Positions 1-12,569 of a DNA stretch of 64,000 bases are shown in pieces; the first letter of the stretch is position 1; each line of letters opens with the position of its first letter. The position numbers and the translations under genes were made by a program. Under the pieces are notes generated by a model. That model had not been told where the DNA came from. It made no database searches and saw only the letters and a program-made list of their open reading frames with translations. The stretch is from Eledone cirrhosa (taxonomy: Eukaryota), in contig OZ024740.1 in NCBI GenBank assembly GCA_964016885.1, forward strand, positions 313,472,001 to 313,536,000, given 5' to 3'.

Positions 1-1766
1 TCCTCCCTTCTGTATGTGTTGACTCTCGAGCCACTACTGCGGAAGTTGGAGTTGTTGCAGGGCATCCCCTTGGAACCGGGATTGCGGAAAGCGGTGTCGG
101 CCTACGCCGATGACGTGACAGTAATGGTGTCGACGGCTTCCGAAATCGAGGCGGTCGGCACCTTACTGGAGGAGTACAAAAGGTTCACAGGGGCTAAGCT
201 GAACCGGGACAAGTCGATCGGTTTGCAACTCGGCACGTGGAGGGGCAGACCGATGCCCTCCGATAGCGTCGTCGGACGCTGGACGGAGGGCCCGGTGAAG
301 TTGCTCGGGGTCTGGTTCGGACCGGACCTCCAGGTGGAGAAAAACTGGGCGGAGGTTACAAACAGGGTGTTTGCACTGACCCAGAAGTGGGCCAGTTGCA
401 AACTATCCCTGAAAGGTCGGGCGGAAGTGGCGAACACCTACATAGCGTCCGTCATCTACTACCGCCTGACCGTAGTGCCCTGCCCAAGGGAAACCCTCAC
501 CAAGATGGAGCCCGCGCTCTTCCAATTCCTTTGGAAGAGGCGGGCTCCTATGGTGAGGAGATCCATCTGCTGTCAACACCCTTCGAAAGGAGGGCTGGGG
601 ATGCCGTGGCTAATGATGCGTAAACACGCATTAAGGCTACGGCACCTCTACGTATTCCTCACCGGACAACCGGTGTGGGCCTCGTTTGTGAGACGAACCT
701 TTCCCAGACTCGTCTCACTCACCGAGCTGCAATCCTGGGTCAAGCAAAGACCGAGAAAACTGGGCGCCTGGCACACTGAGTGTGCCCAGGCGCTCACCGC
801 CCTCTGGCAGGCGGATCCGGTTATCAGTGGAGACTCCACCGCAACATTCTATAGAGGGCTGGTACGCAGCAGGTGCGACGACGCCCTCGGAGAAGCCCTA
901 GACATGGAGGAGGACGAACTGGCCAGCCTGTTCGGTAGGACATTCAGCCCAGGACCTATGGACAACTTCCAGAAGTCCCTGGCCTGGCAGTGCTACCGAG
1001 GGGCTTTACCCGTTCGAGAAAGGCTCTACAGACACGGGCGCCCGGGTAGGGACCCCGCCAAAAAGATCTGTCCCAGATGCGTGTGGGACGAGGAAACCGT
1101 TGCACACGCATTGGTACACTGCTCGGGCGTAGCCGATCTGTGGGGCTATGTCGAACAACTGCTGTCAAGGGTGGGACCGATCCGGTTGACCACCGAGTCT
1201 ATTGTAATGATCAAGCCGCCTCCCCCCTTCAAAGATGAAGCAGAGGCGGTGTTTCTGTGCGTAATAGCCATGGCGAAAGAGGTTGTATGGTGGACGCGTC
1301 TGAAAGGACTGAGGTCAGGCACCTTTCTCTCTGGCCAACAACTGGTCCGTTTCTTCCGATATCATTTCGGAAGAAGGATCAGGATGGAGAGAGAGGTGCT
1401 GCACCCCAGCCGTTTCTATGAAAGATGGGTGAAAGTGGCGAGAATGGCCCGTGTGAATGGGCCTTCACTCTACATCAGACTATAGGTGAGGAAGATGAAA
1501 GACCAAGGGAGCACCCCTTCTCTGTGCTCCTGAGGAGAAGGGTTGCACACTTTTTTCGGGGGTGTGTGCGACCCCCCAAGGCGCCTCCTCTCTATTGAGG
1601 ATTTTGTTAAAAATTTTATTTTTTGTTATATCTTATTTTATTTTTATATTTTGTTATTGCCTCCTCCTTATTGAGGACGCCTTTTTGTGTAAACTCCCCC
1701 CTTTGTACTTGTCCCACTTTTGATGCCCTAGTGGCAAATAAAAGAAACATATCTATCTATCTATCT
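1..1766 (+). mobile_element. Tx1/L1-clade non-LTR retrotransposon, copy 1 (3' part; extends left of window)
   Basis: RT (YADD) and C-terminal zinc finger; 3'UTR with AATAAA then (ATCT)4; nearly identical to 5747-7512 (offset 5746 bp). Confidence 0.95.
16..1485 (+). CDS. Tx1-type ORF2 C-terminal part (RT domain end and CPRC..HALVHC zinc finger), 5'-partial
   Basis: LEPLL, AYADD, LLGVWF, KGGLGMP and CPRC-x8-H-x4-C motifs; open frame from window edge. Confidence 0.9.
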   Translation: MLTLEPLLRKLELLQGIPLEPGLRKAVSAYADDVTVMVSTASEIEAVGTLLEEYKRFTGAKLNRDKSIGLQLGTWRGRPMPSDSVVGRWTEGPVKLLGVWFGPDLQVEKNWAEVTNRVFALTQKWASCKLSLKGRAEVANTYIASVIYYRLTVVPCPRETLTKMEPALFQFLWKRRAPMVRRSICCQHPSKGGLGMPWLMMRKHALRLRHLYVFLTGQPVWASFVRRTFPRLVSLTELQSWVKQRPRKLGAWHTECAQALTALWQADPVISGDSTATFYRGLVRSRCDDALGEALDMEEDELASLFGRTFSPGPMDNFQKSLAWQCYRGALPVRERLYRHGRPGRDPAKKICPRCVWDEETVAHALVHCSGVADLWGYVEQLLSRVGPIRLTTESIVMIKPPPPFKDEAEAVFLCVIAMAKEVVWWTRLKGLRSGTFLSGQQLVRFFRYHFGRRIRMEREVLHPSRFYERWVKVARMARVNGPSLYIRL

Positions 1767-1978
1767 GGGATGGACACACGCGTATAACTTGCTGAGTAAG
1801 TTCTGTTTAAATTTCTATAGAAATTCTTGTCTGATAACTTTAATTTTTGTACCATTTTGTAGAGGGACTGCCAGGTCAAACTTTGATCTGGTCAGTCTCT
1901 CAAAATATTCTACGCCTTTAGGCGAAATAGTTAAACAAAAAAAAAGTTTTTTCTTGTTGAAAAGTCAATATTTTTTAA

Positions 1979-3769
1979 ATGGCCGAAGCTTCTTCACCAA
2001 AATTCGAAGGAGGAAAGGGGAAGATGAACTTACAGCTTCCCCCTGCCACTGTCACAGTAGCAGAGGTCAAGAAGAAAGGTCAGCCAGAGGAAGAATTCTC
2101 TCCACCTGTTAACCGACAACTTGACGTTGCCATGGCAACAACCCAAAGAATCAGCAGCAACAGCAACAACAACAATGCGACGGACGAAAACAAAACCAAT
2201 AACAATAACAATAACAACAACAACAAGACCAATAACGGTGACAACAACAACAATGATAACAACAACACCACCAACGACAACAACAACACAAACAAACAAA
2301 ATTTCTCCTTCGCCGAGACGACAAGGAAAACCCTCGACTATCTGCCAGTAGATATAACAAAAGCGAAGGAGCTACTGGCGGATGCGAAAAAATATATAGT
2401 GTACGGGGAAAATGGTTCATTCACAATCCATTCCCCCCCGGAACTAAAAAGCCAGAGACTCCTAAACACGGTCATGTTTAGGAAAATCTCGAACAAAAGT
2501 AAAAAACCAGCTCAACCATCACAGAGCGAGATAGAGCTGGTTTTAAAAGACGTCATGAAGGACATCACCTTCATTCAGAAGGATAGACTCTACGGGAGTC
2601 TATCCATTCTCATGAAGGACAGGGACACAGCAGTGAAACTGTCCATCAAACCAATCACATCCACCGCATACACCTTCTACCCTACGTACATGGGTAGAAG
2701 AACACAAAAAATAAAAATCCACACCATCCTGCCGATTATGGACATATGGTGGGTTTTGACAGGTTTTCTGGACCTGGAGGATGACATGCTGGTGTCCATG
2801 GGAAAGGCATCGGGTGACGCGTTCAGTGGAACGAGCCTCGAACTTGTAGTTCAAATGAGGCCCGAAAGGATCGTCCAGATCCCTGAACGCGTCATATTGG
2901 ATGATCTAACCTTCATCAACATTACCGTTGAGGGTAGACGGCCCTCGTGTTACCTCTGCGGAACCAGAGGTCACCTGAGGGCTGTCTGTCCCCAACTTAA
3001 TAAGAAAACCCCAATCCTGCCTACACCACCAACAACTGCACAACCAACACAATCACCACAACAACCACTACAAAAACAACCACCACAGCTCAAACCAAAA
3101 CAAAACAATGTCCAACCCATCCCCTCCACTCAAAAAACAAAAACAATTTCCAAAACACCCGTACCGCAAACACAACCCGAAAATATACCCCTCCCCTCCA
3201 ACGCGGAAGATGACCCTAGTTCGTCGTCAGACGAGGAGGAGCACTTCCACACAATCAAAAGAAAAAAAAGAAAACACACCTCAGACACACAAATGAAAAA
3301 AAACCCTCCCCAAAACATAACACTGACACCAACACAAAAGAGCTCACAACAACAGCAAACAAAAAACACCACACAAAAACAAAAACATGCATACACATAC
3401 ATAAATACAAGAAACAAAAAACTGTTAAACATTGTGTACAACAACAATCTAATAAAAACACAAGGGCCTAACTTCACCCAGGCAGGGGATTTCCCCCACC
3501 TCAAAATGATTAAGGCCCCACAGGACACCTATAAAACTTTAAAAAACAATTTTAAAGAGGACGTGGGTCCCCCCTGCGTCGTGCCCATTAACCGCGTCCT
3601 CCTAAAAAACTATCCCACCCCCTCCCCAAACACCCACACAACTCCAAGCTCCCCAACCACACAACACACTGATGCCCCCACACTTCCACAAACCACCACC
3701 CCACCCAACAACCCATCCCCCACCCTAATGGAAATTGTGCAGCCCGATACCCGGGACGAAGAGAGGTAA
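1979..3769 (+). CDS. LINE ORF1 gag-like protein with CCHC zinc knuckle and poly-Asn tract
   Basis: 596 aa; CYLCGTRGHLRAVC knuckle; basic KRKKRK stretch; position upstream of ORF2. Confidence 0.88.
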   Translation: MAEASSPKFEGGKGKMNLQLPPATVTVAEVKKKGQPEEEFSPPVNRQLDVAMATTQRISSNSNNNNATDENKTNNNNNNNNNKTNNGDNNNNDNNNTTNDNNNTNKQNFSFAETTRKTLDYLPVDITKAKELLADAKKYIVYGENGSFTIHSPPELKSQRLLNTVMFRKISNKSKKPAQPSQSEIELVLKDVMKDITFIQKDRLYGSLSILMKDRDTAVKLSIKPITSTAYTFYPTYMGRRTQKIKIHTILPIMDIWWVLTGFLDLEDDMLVSMGKASGDAFSGTSLELVVQMRPERIVQIPERVILDDLTFINITVEGRRPSCYLCGTRGHLRAVCPQLNKKTPILPTPPTTAQPTQSPQQPLQKQPPQLKPKQNNVQPIPSTQKTKTISKTPVPQTQPENIPLPSNAEDDPSSSSDEEEHFHTIKRKKRKHTSDTQMKKNPPQNITLTPTQKSSQQQQTKNTTQKQKHAYTYINTRNKKLLNIVYNNNLIKTQGPNFTQAGDFPHLKMIKAPQDTYKTLKNNFKEDVGPPCVVPINRVLLKNYPTPSPNTHTTPSSPTTQHTDAPTLPQTTTPPNNPSPTLMEIVQPDTRDEER

Positions 3770-3793
3770 GTGCCTTTTCTCTTCACCACCAAC

Positions 3794-6700
3794 ATGGCTA
3801 TGCTAAGAGTAGGCTGTTTAAATGCGCGTGGCCTGGGCTGAACTTAGAAGCAAGCAATGCTTCTAAATGACCTCAGGTCACAACGTATAGATGTGATGGT
3901 TATTTGCGAGGCCCGGATCAGCAACGTGCGACAGCTGGCCCCCACCTTTGATGACTTTGAGATGCACGCATCTCTCTGTCAGCCCGGAGGTGGGGGTGGA
4001 GTTGTCGTTCTGCTGCAAAAACATCTGGGTCTCGCAACACAGATGGTACATTTGGACCCGGAGGGTCGACTAGTGGTTCTGGACCTTGGCAGTGGTAAAG
4101 GCGGAGCGTTTAGGTTGGTAGCCGCCTACGGCCCTTTCGGGTCAATGCGGCCGGACTTCTTCCATCGTCTGGAGACTTTTCTGGGGACGTCCCGCTCCTT
4201 GCTATTAGTGGGGGACTGGAATGGTATCCTAGATGCACGCTGGGACTACGTAGGGGCCTGCCCCGATAGAGAGGGGTGTAATAGCCTCAAAGGGTTAATC
4301 GGTCGATTTGACCTGGCCGATAGATATCGACTAGATTTTCCGACTGCGCCAACCTGGACTTGGGCAAATCGTAGCGGATCATCTAGGTCGTACCTAGATA
4401 GGTTCTTAGTTAGAATTAAGGATAAGGACTTTTTAAGTTGTCCAAAAATGCGCATGGTTGGCTATTCAGACCACAAATTAGTGACCTGCATGGTCAACCT
4501 TGACAGAACTCATAGACAGGGCCCCGGTTACTGGAAGCTCAACTTGTCCTTGCCGGCAAGTAGAGCCTACAGGAATCGGATTAGTACGTTAGTTAAGGAA
4601 CGGTTGACTGGAGCGATCGTCAACAGCAGGTGGTGGGTATCTCTAAAGAGAGAGATTAGAGTAGTCTCGATAGAATTTAGTAAGGTTCTAGCTGCGGATA
4701 GGAATAGGAAGGAAAGGGAGCTAATAGATAGAGTAGAAGAGGCAATTAGAAGCGGCGACGTGGCCAGAGTGCTAGCGTCGAGAACGGCTTTGAGCCAGTT
4801 TTTCGACGCGAAGCACGAAGGCTGCGTTGTCCGAAGTAAAATACGTGCTCTAGGGAACGAGGGGACCAAAGCTGTTAGCTGGGCCCGCGTGACAGAGGCC
4901 AACAGTGGAACTAAATCCACCATCCGGTCTTTGCGAGACCTGGATGGACGGGCGATTCTTGAGCCTAAGCAGATGTGTGAGGCCTTTCAAAGGCACTTTG
5001 CCCGACTGTTCGGGAGGGGCGGGGAGCCGGTTGGGAACGTGGACTTCCGTCCATACCTCGACGGCCTGCCGCGCCTCTCGGACAGGGAGGCGAAGTCCTG
5101 CTAGGAGCCGATTTCGGCCGCTGAGATAGAGGACGTGCTGAGCCAATGCGGCAAACGCAAATCCCCGGGTCTCGATGGTCTTCCTTACGAATTATATCTA
5201 GCTATGCCGGACTTGTTCCCCGATCTCCTCGAGGCGGTCTACTGCAACTGGCGACAGAACGGGAGAATTCCCTGTACTGTGACCAAGGGCGTAGTCACGC
5301 TAGTGAGGAAGGACGAGAACAAGGGGGACGAAATAAGTAACTTCAGGCCCATAACACTGCTAAATACAGAGTTACAGATTTTGGCCAAGGTGCTAGCAAA
5401 GAGGTTGGCGCTTGTCGTGGGCAACCTGGTGGGAGATGCGCAGACATGCGCTATCCCGTCCAGGTCCATCCATGACAACCTCCACCTCATGCGATACATC
5501 ATAGAGAGGGTTGGGAACGAACCCGGCTTTGGTGGGGCTCTGATCAACTTGGATCAATCTAAGGCGTTCGATAGGGTCGACCATGGTTACCTGGATGCGG
5601 TGCTAGCGGCGGCAGGCTTCGGACCCGTTTTCAGGGGCTGGATCACTGCTATGCACAGCAGCCGCATCTGCTCTCGGGTCAAGGTGAACGGCTACCTCTC
5701 GGAGCCGTTCAAAATCGCGCGGTCCATCCGACAAGGGTGCCCTCTCTCCTCCCTTCTGTATGTGTTGACTCTCGAGCCACTACTGCGGAAGTTGGAGTTG
5801 TTGCAGGGCATCCCTTTGGAACCGGGATTGCGGAAAGCGGTGTCGGCCTACGCCGATGACGTGACAGTAATGGTGTCGACGGCCTCCGAAATCGAGGCGG
5901 TCGGCACCTTACTGGAGGAGTACGAAAGGTTCACAGGGGCTAAGCTGAACCGGGACAAGTCGATCGGTTTGCAACTCGGCACGTGGAGGGGCAGACCGAT
6001 GCCCTCCGATAGCGTCGTCGGACGCTGGACGGAGGGCCCGGTGAAGTTGCTCGGGGTCTGGTTCGGACCGGACCTCCAGGTGGAGAAAAACTGGGCGGAG
6101 GTTACGAACAGGGTGTTTGCACTGACCCAGAAGTGGGCCAGTTGCAAACTATCCCTGAAAGGTCGGGCGGAAGTGGCGAACACCTACATAGCATCCGTCA
6201 TCTACTACCGCCTGACCGTAGTGCCCTGCCCAAGGGAAACCCTCACCAAGATGCAGCGCGCGCTCTTCCAATTCCTTTGGAAGAGGCGGGCTCCTATGGT
6301 GAGGAGATCCATCTGCTGTCAACACCCTTCGAAAGGAGGGCTGGGGATGCCGTGGCTAATGATGCGTAAACACGCATTAAGGCTATGGCACCTCTACGTA
6401 TTCCTCACCGGACAACCGGTGTGGGCCTCGTTTGTGAGACGAACCTTTCCCAGACTCGTCTCACTCACCGAGCTGCAATCCTGGGTCAAGCAAAGACCGA
6501 GAAAACTGGGCGCCTGGCACACTGAGTGTGCCCAGGCGCTCACCGCCCTCTGGCAGGCGGATCCGGTTATCAGTGGAGACTCCACCGCAACATTCTATAG
6601 AGGGCTGGTACGCAGCAGGTGCGACGACGCCCTCGGAGAAGCCCTAGACATGGAGGAGGACGAACTGGCCAGCCTGTTCGGTAGGACATTCAGCCCGGGA

Positions 6701-7231
6701 CCTATGGACAACTTCCAGAAGTCCCTGGCCTGGCAGTGCTACCGAGGGGCTTTACCCGTTCGAGAAAGGCTCTACAGACACGGGCGCCCGGGTAGGGACC
6801 CCGCCAAAAAGATCTGTCCCAGATGCGTGTGCGACGAGGAAACCGTTGCACACGCATTGGTACACTGCTCGGGCGTAGCCGATCTGTGGGGCTATGTCGA
6901 ACAACTGCTGTCAAGGGTGGGACCGATCCGGTTGACCACCGAGTCTATTGTAATGATCAAGCCGCCTCCCCCCTTCAAAGATGAAGCAGAGGCGGTGTTT
7001 CTGTGCGTAATAGCCATGGCGAAAGAGGTTGTATGGTGGACGCGTCTGAAAGGACTGAGGTCAGGCACCTTTCTCTCTGGCCAACAACTGGTCCGTTTCT
7101 TCCGATATCATTTCGGAAGAAGGATCAGGATGGAGAGAGAGGTGCTGCACCCCAGCCGTTTCTATGAAAGATGGGTGAAAGTAGCGAGAATGGCCCATGT
7201 GAATGGGCCTTCACTCTACATCAGATTATAG
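3794..7231 (+). pseudogene. LINE ORF2 (APE endonuclease, RT, zinc finger) with three in-frame stops
   Basis: ATG 3794 MAMLRVGCLNARGLG; stops TGA 3839, TAG 3845, TAG 5102 all in one frame; GDWN, SDH, KSPGLDG, RPITLLN, KAFDRV, RQGCPLS and YADD motifs. Confidence 0.9.
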
Positions 7232-7495
7232 GTGAGGAAGATGAAAGACCAAGGGAGCACCCCTTCTCTGTGCTCCTGAGGAGAAGGGTTGCACATTTTT
7301 TTCGGGGGTGTGTGCGACACCCCAAGGCGCCTCCTCTCTATTGAGGATTTTGTTAAAAATTTTATTTTTTGTTATATCTTATTTTATTTTTATATTTTGT
7401 TATTGCCTCCTCCTTATTGAGGACGCCTTTTTGTGTAAACTCCCCCCTTTGTACTTGTCCCACTTTTGATGCCCTAGTGGCAAATAAAAGAAACA

Positions 7496-7603
<108 letters not shown>

Positions 7604-7867
7604 CACCCCTCCCTCTCTCTCGCTCTCCCTTTGTCTTCAGGCATTAGCAAAGAACAACTTCGTTAGCAACACAAAAAATGAGCATTATATATTAAGATAT
7701 ACATATATATATATATAAGAATTAAAATACTAGAGTGTGTTGGAGTTAAACACCCTCTTCATATTATAGAAATGACAGTATAAGATATAGCTCAATGTAA
7801 TTAAACAGAGCCGAAGAATTATCAAATATAAACCAAAGAAGCCTTCAATACATCAAAAGTCTTTATT

Positions 7868-7907
7868 AGCCAACAATGTTTCGTCCTATTAAGGACTCAT
7901 CAGGGCA
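7868..7907 (-). ncRNA. Type I minimal hammerhead ribozyme (left pLTR)
   Basis: rc: gcc CTGATGA gtcc-ttaata-ggac GAAA c-att-GTT ggc. Confidence 0.85.
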
Positions 7908-8851
7908 AGTAAAGCTACAAGAAGCACTATCGGCCAATACAAGCCAAAAACTCAGAAGAATATGGAGTATACATCTATTAAAGCTTAGGAAAGATATCAA
8001 GGAAAAGTTGGCTAAGATTAAGAGTGAGCAGTTACAAACATAGATATAGACCAAATAGCAAGGAAGTGATTAACATGTTGAACCCACATTGCAAATATTG
8101 TATAATGCAAAAACTTGAAACACAAATGGTAATATAATGCGAGAATTACAGTACGATATATAATATAATATAATATAATAGATGGTGATAATAAAAAGCT
8201 TAATATATGTATATATATATATATCTATACATATACACATTAGTACAAACACAAACTAACACTTATTAAGTATTTAAATATATATATATATATTGTTTAC
8301 AGTATAATATAATAAAGATAAAAATAAAAATAAAATATAATATATAATTCCCTGTCAGTGTGCATAAACAATATAAAAACATTATAATAACATTATAATA
8401 ACAATATTATAATATATTGGCATCAAAAGATATACAAAATTACATCATACATATAATTCAAGGTTAACAAATAGTATAAAGTTTTACACAGGGTAAGAAA
8501 AAAATCATATAGAACTAAATTGTGTTGAAAAAATTGTGTTGAAAAAATATCTATACCATTGTAACAAATACACGGAGGTCAAGTCATTTTACATTGGCAT
8601 AAATATTACCAAAATATCACAAAATATTACAAAATATATCAGAACAGTACCTCAAATAACAGACATATGTTAAAATCTATAATACGATTACATAAAAATG
8701 ATATGATATAACAACGTTAATATCAAATAGCAAACAGAGTCTAAGGAAATGCTTAATATATATATTTACGTGGTTGACATACACAGGCATATATTAATGA
8801 AATTACATGGATCAGACAGACAGCGTGTGGTAGTAAGTTGGTAAGGATAGA

Positions 8852-9649
8852 AATAGGAGGAGACTCAATACTTATTTTAACCCGCCTTATGATCATGAAG
8901 TATTAACTAACATCCCTAAGTCTTTCTTTTCTATCTTAGAGAAAAATTTCCCTCCTTCTAATAAATACCATGGTATTTTAAATAAAAATGTAATTAAACT
9001 ATCATTCTCTACCACCCCTAATATTAGTTCTCATTTAGCTAGCACTAACAATAGGAAAATTAGGGACAGCTACTCTTCTTTGAGTACTACTAGTCTTGAT
9101 AGATCCATTAATGCCTTACCACCTGAGCAGACCTTATCTTATAATAACCCTAGGAATGATGCATCACTCATTCAGCCGGTCAATAGCACCCGGAAGTGTA
9201 ACTGGAGAGTAAGTATTAACTGCCCTTTAAATGGTCACTGCCTCTCTAGGAACATTGTTTATGCTTGTGAAGTTAAGACTAATTCTTCTAATAGCACATA
9301 TATAGGCTCCACATCTAATACTTTTAAAACTAGGTTTAATTCTCATATCTCTAATTTTAAGCATGTTAAGTTTAAGAACTCTACTTCTTTAGCACACCAT
9401 ATCTGGGATCTTAAAGGGGCTGGTATGCCATATAGCCTTAATTGGCGTATAGTAGCACGCTCTAATAACCTATCAACACACACTAAATTCTGTAATCTCT
9501 GTATCCTAGAGACCCACTCTATAATTTTCTCTAGGGAAGTTTTGCTTAATAGAAAGTCTGAGATATTTTCTTCCTGTCCCCATGCCATTTCTAATTCTTT
9601 CTTCTATTATAGACCTAAAAATTCTGGTAGTTTAAATCGTATCCATTAG
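8852..9649 (+). CDS. PLE RT-thumb, linker and C-terminal GIY-YIG endonuclease (5'-truncated)
   Basis: Frame open upstream of the 9080 ORF: YFNPPY..NFP..NKNVIKLSFS, then CNW..CPLNGHCL, IVY..YIG, FKTRF, CNLC..E..LLNRKSE..CPH. Confidence 0.85.
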   Translation, partial: NRRRLNTYFNPPYDHEVLTNIPKSFFSILEKNFPPSNKYHGILNKNVIKLSFSTTPNISSHLASTNNRKIRDSYSSLSTTSLDRSINALPPEQTLSYNNPRNDASLIQPVNSTRKCNWRVSINCPLNGHCLSRNIVYACEVKTNSSNSTYIGSTSNTFKTRFNSHISNFKHVKFKNSTSLAHHIWDLKGAGMPYSLNWRIVARSNNLSTHTKFCNLCILETHSIIFSREVLLNRKSEIFSSCPHAISNSFFYYRPKNSGSLNRIH

Positions 9650-11265
9650 CTGCTATATTTCCTTATCTTTTTTGTTTAGGTTCTTTTTTATTACCATCAT
9701 CATTATTATTATTAGTCTTTTACAGCTTTTCGATTTTAGTTTCCATAGTCTTTTGGCTACCATACCCTATCTATCTTCTTAAGCATTATTATAGTTTCAC
9801 TACTAACACCTTATGAGTTGATATCTTATTAAATACTTTGTTTGGAGTCTCTTTCAACTAATGAACCTCCTCCTCTACACACTTAATATCCGACCCTTCT
9901 ATTACACTATATATAAATTTCACCTTTATGCTCCTTTTTATGATATTATATAATATATTGATTTTACTTTTATGCTCCTTCCTATCCTCCATAACCTCTC
10001 TTCTTTCTGTTCCCATTGGTCTACCATAGTTCTATTTAGAGTAATTTTATTTGATAACGTTATTCGACTGAACGGAGCATATTTTACTCTATTCTTGATA
10101 ATTTTATTGAGATATCTTAAACTTATACGATTTTGATGACTTAAACACTAGCCAATTTTGAAGTGACTAAATATGTATTTTAAATACTTTTAATATTAAT
10201 TAATTTAAAAAGGTTTTCTAGTCAATTCTCCGGTTTACATTTCTATCTTTTTTTCTTTTACTTAACCGCTTGTGACACCTAAGTAAATATACTTGTTTTT
10301 GTTTTTCGATCTTCGGTTTATTTTATTTATTTTTTTACTACCACACGCTGTCTGTCTGATCCATGTAATTTCATTAATATATGTCTGTGTATGTCAACCA
10401 CGTAAATATATATATTAAGCATTTCCTTAGACTCTGTTTGCTATTTGATATTAACGTTGTTATATCATATCATTTTTATGTAATCGTATTATAGATTTTA
10501 ATATATGTCTGTTATTTGAGGTACTGTTCTGTTATATTTTGTAATATTTTGTGATATTTTGGTAATATTTATGCCAATGTAAAATGACTTGACCTCCGTG
10601 TATTTGTTACAATGGTATAGATATTTTTTCAACACAATTTTTTCAACACAATTTAGTTCTATATGATTTTTTTTTTACCCTGTGTAAAACTTTATACTAT
10701 TTGTTAACCTTGAATTATATGTATGATGTAATTTTGTATATCTTTTGATGCCAATATATTATAATATTGTTATTATAATGTTATTATAATGTTTTTATAT
10801 TGTTTATGCACACTGACAGGGAATTATATATTATATTTTATTTTTATTTTTATCTTTATTCTTATTTTTATCTTTATTATATTATACTGTAAACAATATA
10901 TATATATATATTTAAATACTTAATAAGTGTTAGTTTGTGTTTGTACTAATGTGTATATGTATAGAGATATATGTATATATATACATATATTAAGCTTTTT
11001 ATTATCACCATCTATTATATTATATTATACTCGCATTATATTACCATTTGTGTTTCAAGTTTTTGCATTATACAATATTTGCAATGTGGGTTCAACATGT
11101 TAATCACTTCCTTGCTATTTGGTCCATATCTATGTTTGTAACTGCTCACTCTTAATCTTAGCCAACTTTTCCTTGATATCTTTCCTAAGCTTTAATAGAT
11201 GTATACTCCATATTCTTCTGAGTGTTTGGCTTGTATTGGCCGATAGTGCTTCTTGTAGCTTTACT

Positions 11266-11305
11266 TGCCCTGATGAGTCCTTAATAGGACGAAACATTGT
11301 TGGCT
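11266..11305 (+). ncRNA. Type I minimal hammerhead ribozyme (right pLTR)
   Basis: gcc CTGATGA gtcc-ttaata-ggac GAAA c-att-GTT ggc, followed by AATAAA. Confidence 0.85.
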
Positions 11306-11363
11306 AATAAAGACTTTTGATGTATTGAAGGCTTCTTTGGTTTATTTTTTATAATTTTTATAA

Positions 11364-11410
<47 letters not shown>

Positions 11411-11720
11411 GTAATACATACATATTTGTATACTATATAAACAAAGCTACATACATTTAACATGTATGTGCGACTATTGTTTTCGGGGTCCAGTTATGAT
11501 CCTTCATCTATGGATTTCTACACACACACACACACAACAGAGCAATGTCGAGATACTGCTCCCTGGTAAGTGTTGATGCTGTGTTTTTTGTCCGTGACTG
11601 CTAAATAGCCATGAAGCTTGTTTATTTGTTGGTAACCTCAATATCATGAGGCCATTCCACTATCCTCTACCTTTGGACGCGCACTATAGCAGCGCAGCTC
11701 TACAATGTATATATATAAAT

Positions 11721-11780
<60 letters not shown>

Positions 11781-12569
11781 AGATATGTAGGGAAGAAAAG
11801 GAGCATAAAAAGAGAAAGAGACAGGATCGGTTTCTTTTAGGTTCCCAAAACGTGTGTGTGTGTGTGTGTTGGGTCTTATTCTTACCAAGAATTCTCCAAC
11901 AACCGAGGGAAAGAGATTCTTATATTCTTATACAGACTTGTAATGCTAGTTTAATTAACAACCTACCTTCTTACATATTTACAAAAAGTGAACTAAGTGA
12001 AACAACTCAAGTGGTTCAATGCTATGAATTTACATAATACACACAAACCAAAACCCCGTGGAAATCAATTGTTTAGTCATTCTCAAACGAAAAGAGATAA
12101 TTTCAAGAAATCCAGAATATATTTATCAAAATATCTAACTTCCATGTTTTAAGGGATTAAAAAGACAAACCAATGAAATAAGCTCTACGTGGTCCCTCTC
12201 TCTGCTATAAACATAAGATACATCTCCCTTAAATCATCCTTTCATATGAAAAAGAGAAGACACGCTGAAGAATGCAGTCCTAGATATCTATGTCTGAGAA
12301 TAAAAAAACGGTATTGTGAAGGCTAGCAGGCCTCTTTTCCTAGTATTCCTCCATCAGGGTCGACCTGAACACTATACAACAACAGCAACGACGACGACAA
12401 CAACAGCAATAACAAAAGATTTGTGTATCGTGGGACAAAAGTAGCCTTCAACAGTATACCGTAACAGAATTGGGTTAGTAGAGCTAACGGTTCTTTCCTG
12501 AAAGTGACCCTGCTGTTAGACGGCTTCGCGACACTCAACGCCGCTGTCAACAATTTCATGATGATAACA

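Larger units (their letters stand above)
7700..11360 (+). mobile_element. 5'-truncated Penelope-like element (Hydra-clade-like) with ~1-kb inverted pseudo-LTRs
   Basis: 7830-8836 is the reverse complement of 10335-11345; RT thumb and GIY-YIG inside; HHR in each arm; (TA)n flanks. Confidence 0.9.

Noticed and set aside
3839-3841. TGA as selenocysteine (as in some Naiad PLEs)
   Set aside because: The element is Tx1-clade, the neighbouring stops are TAG, and no SECIS was recognised
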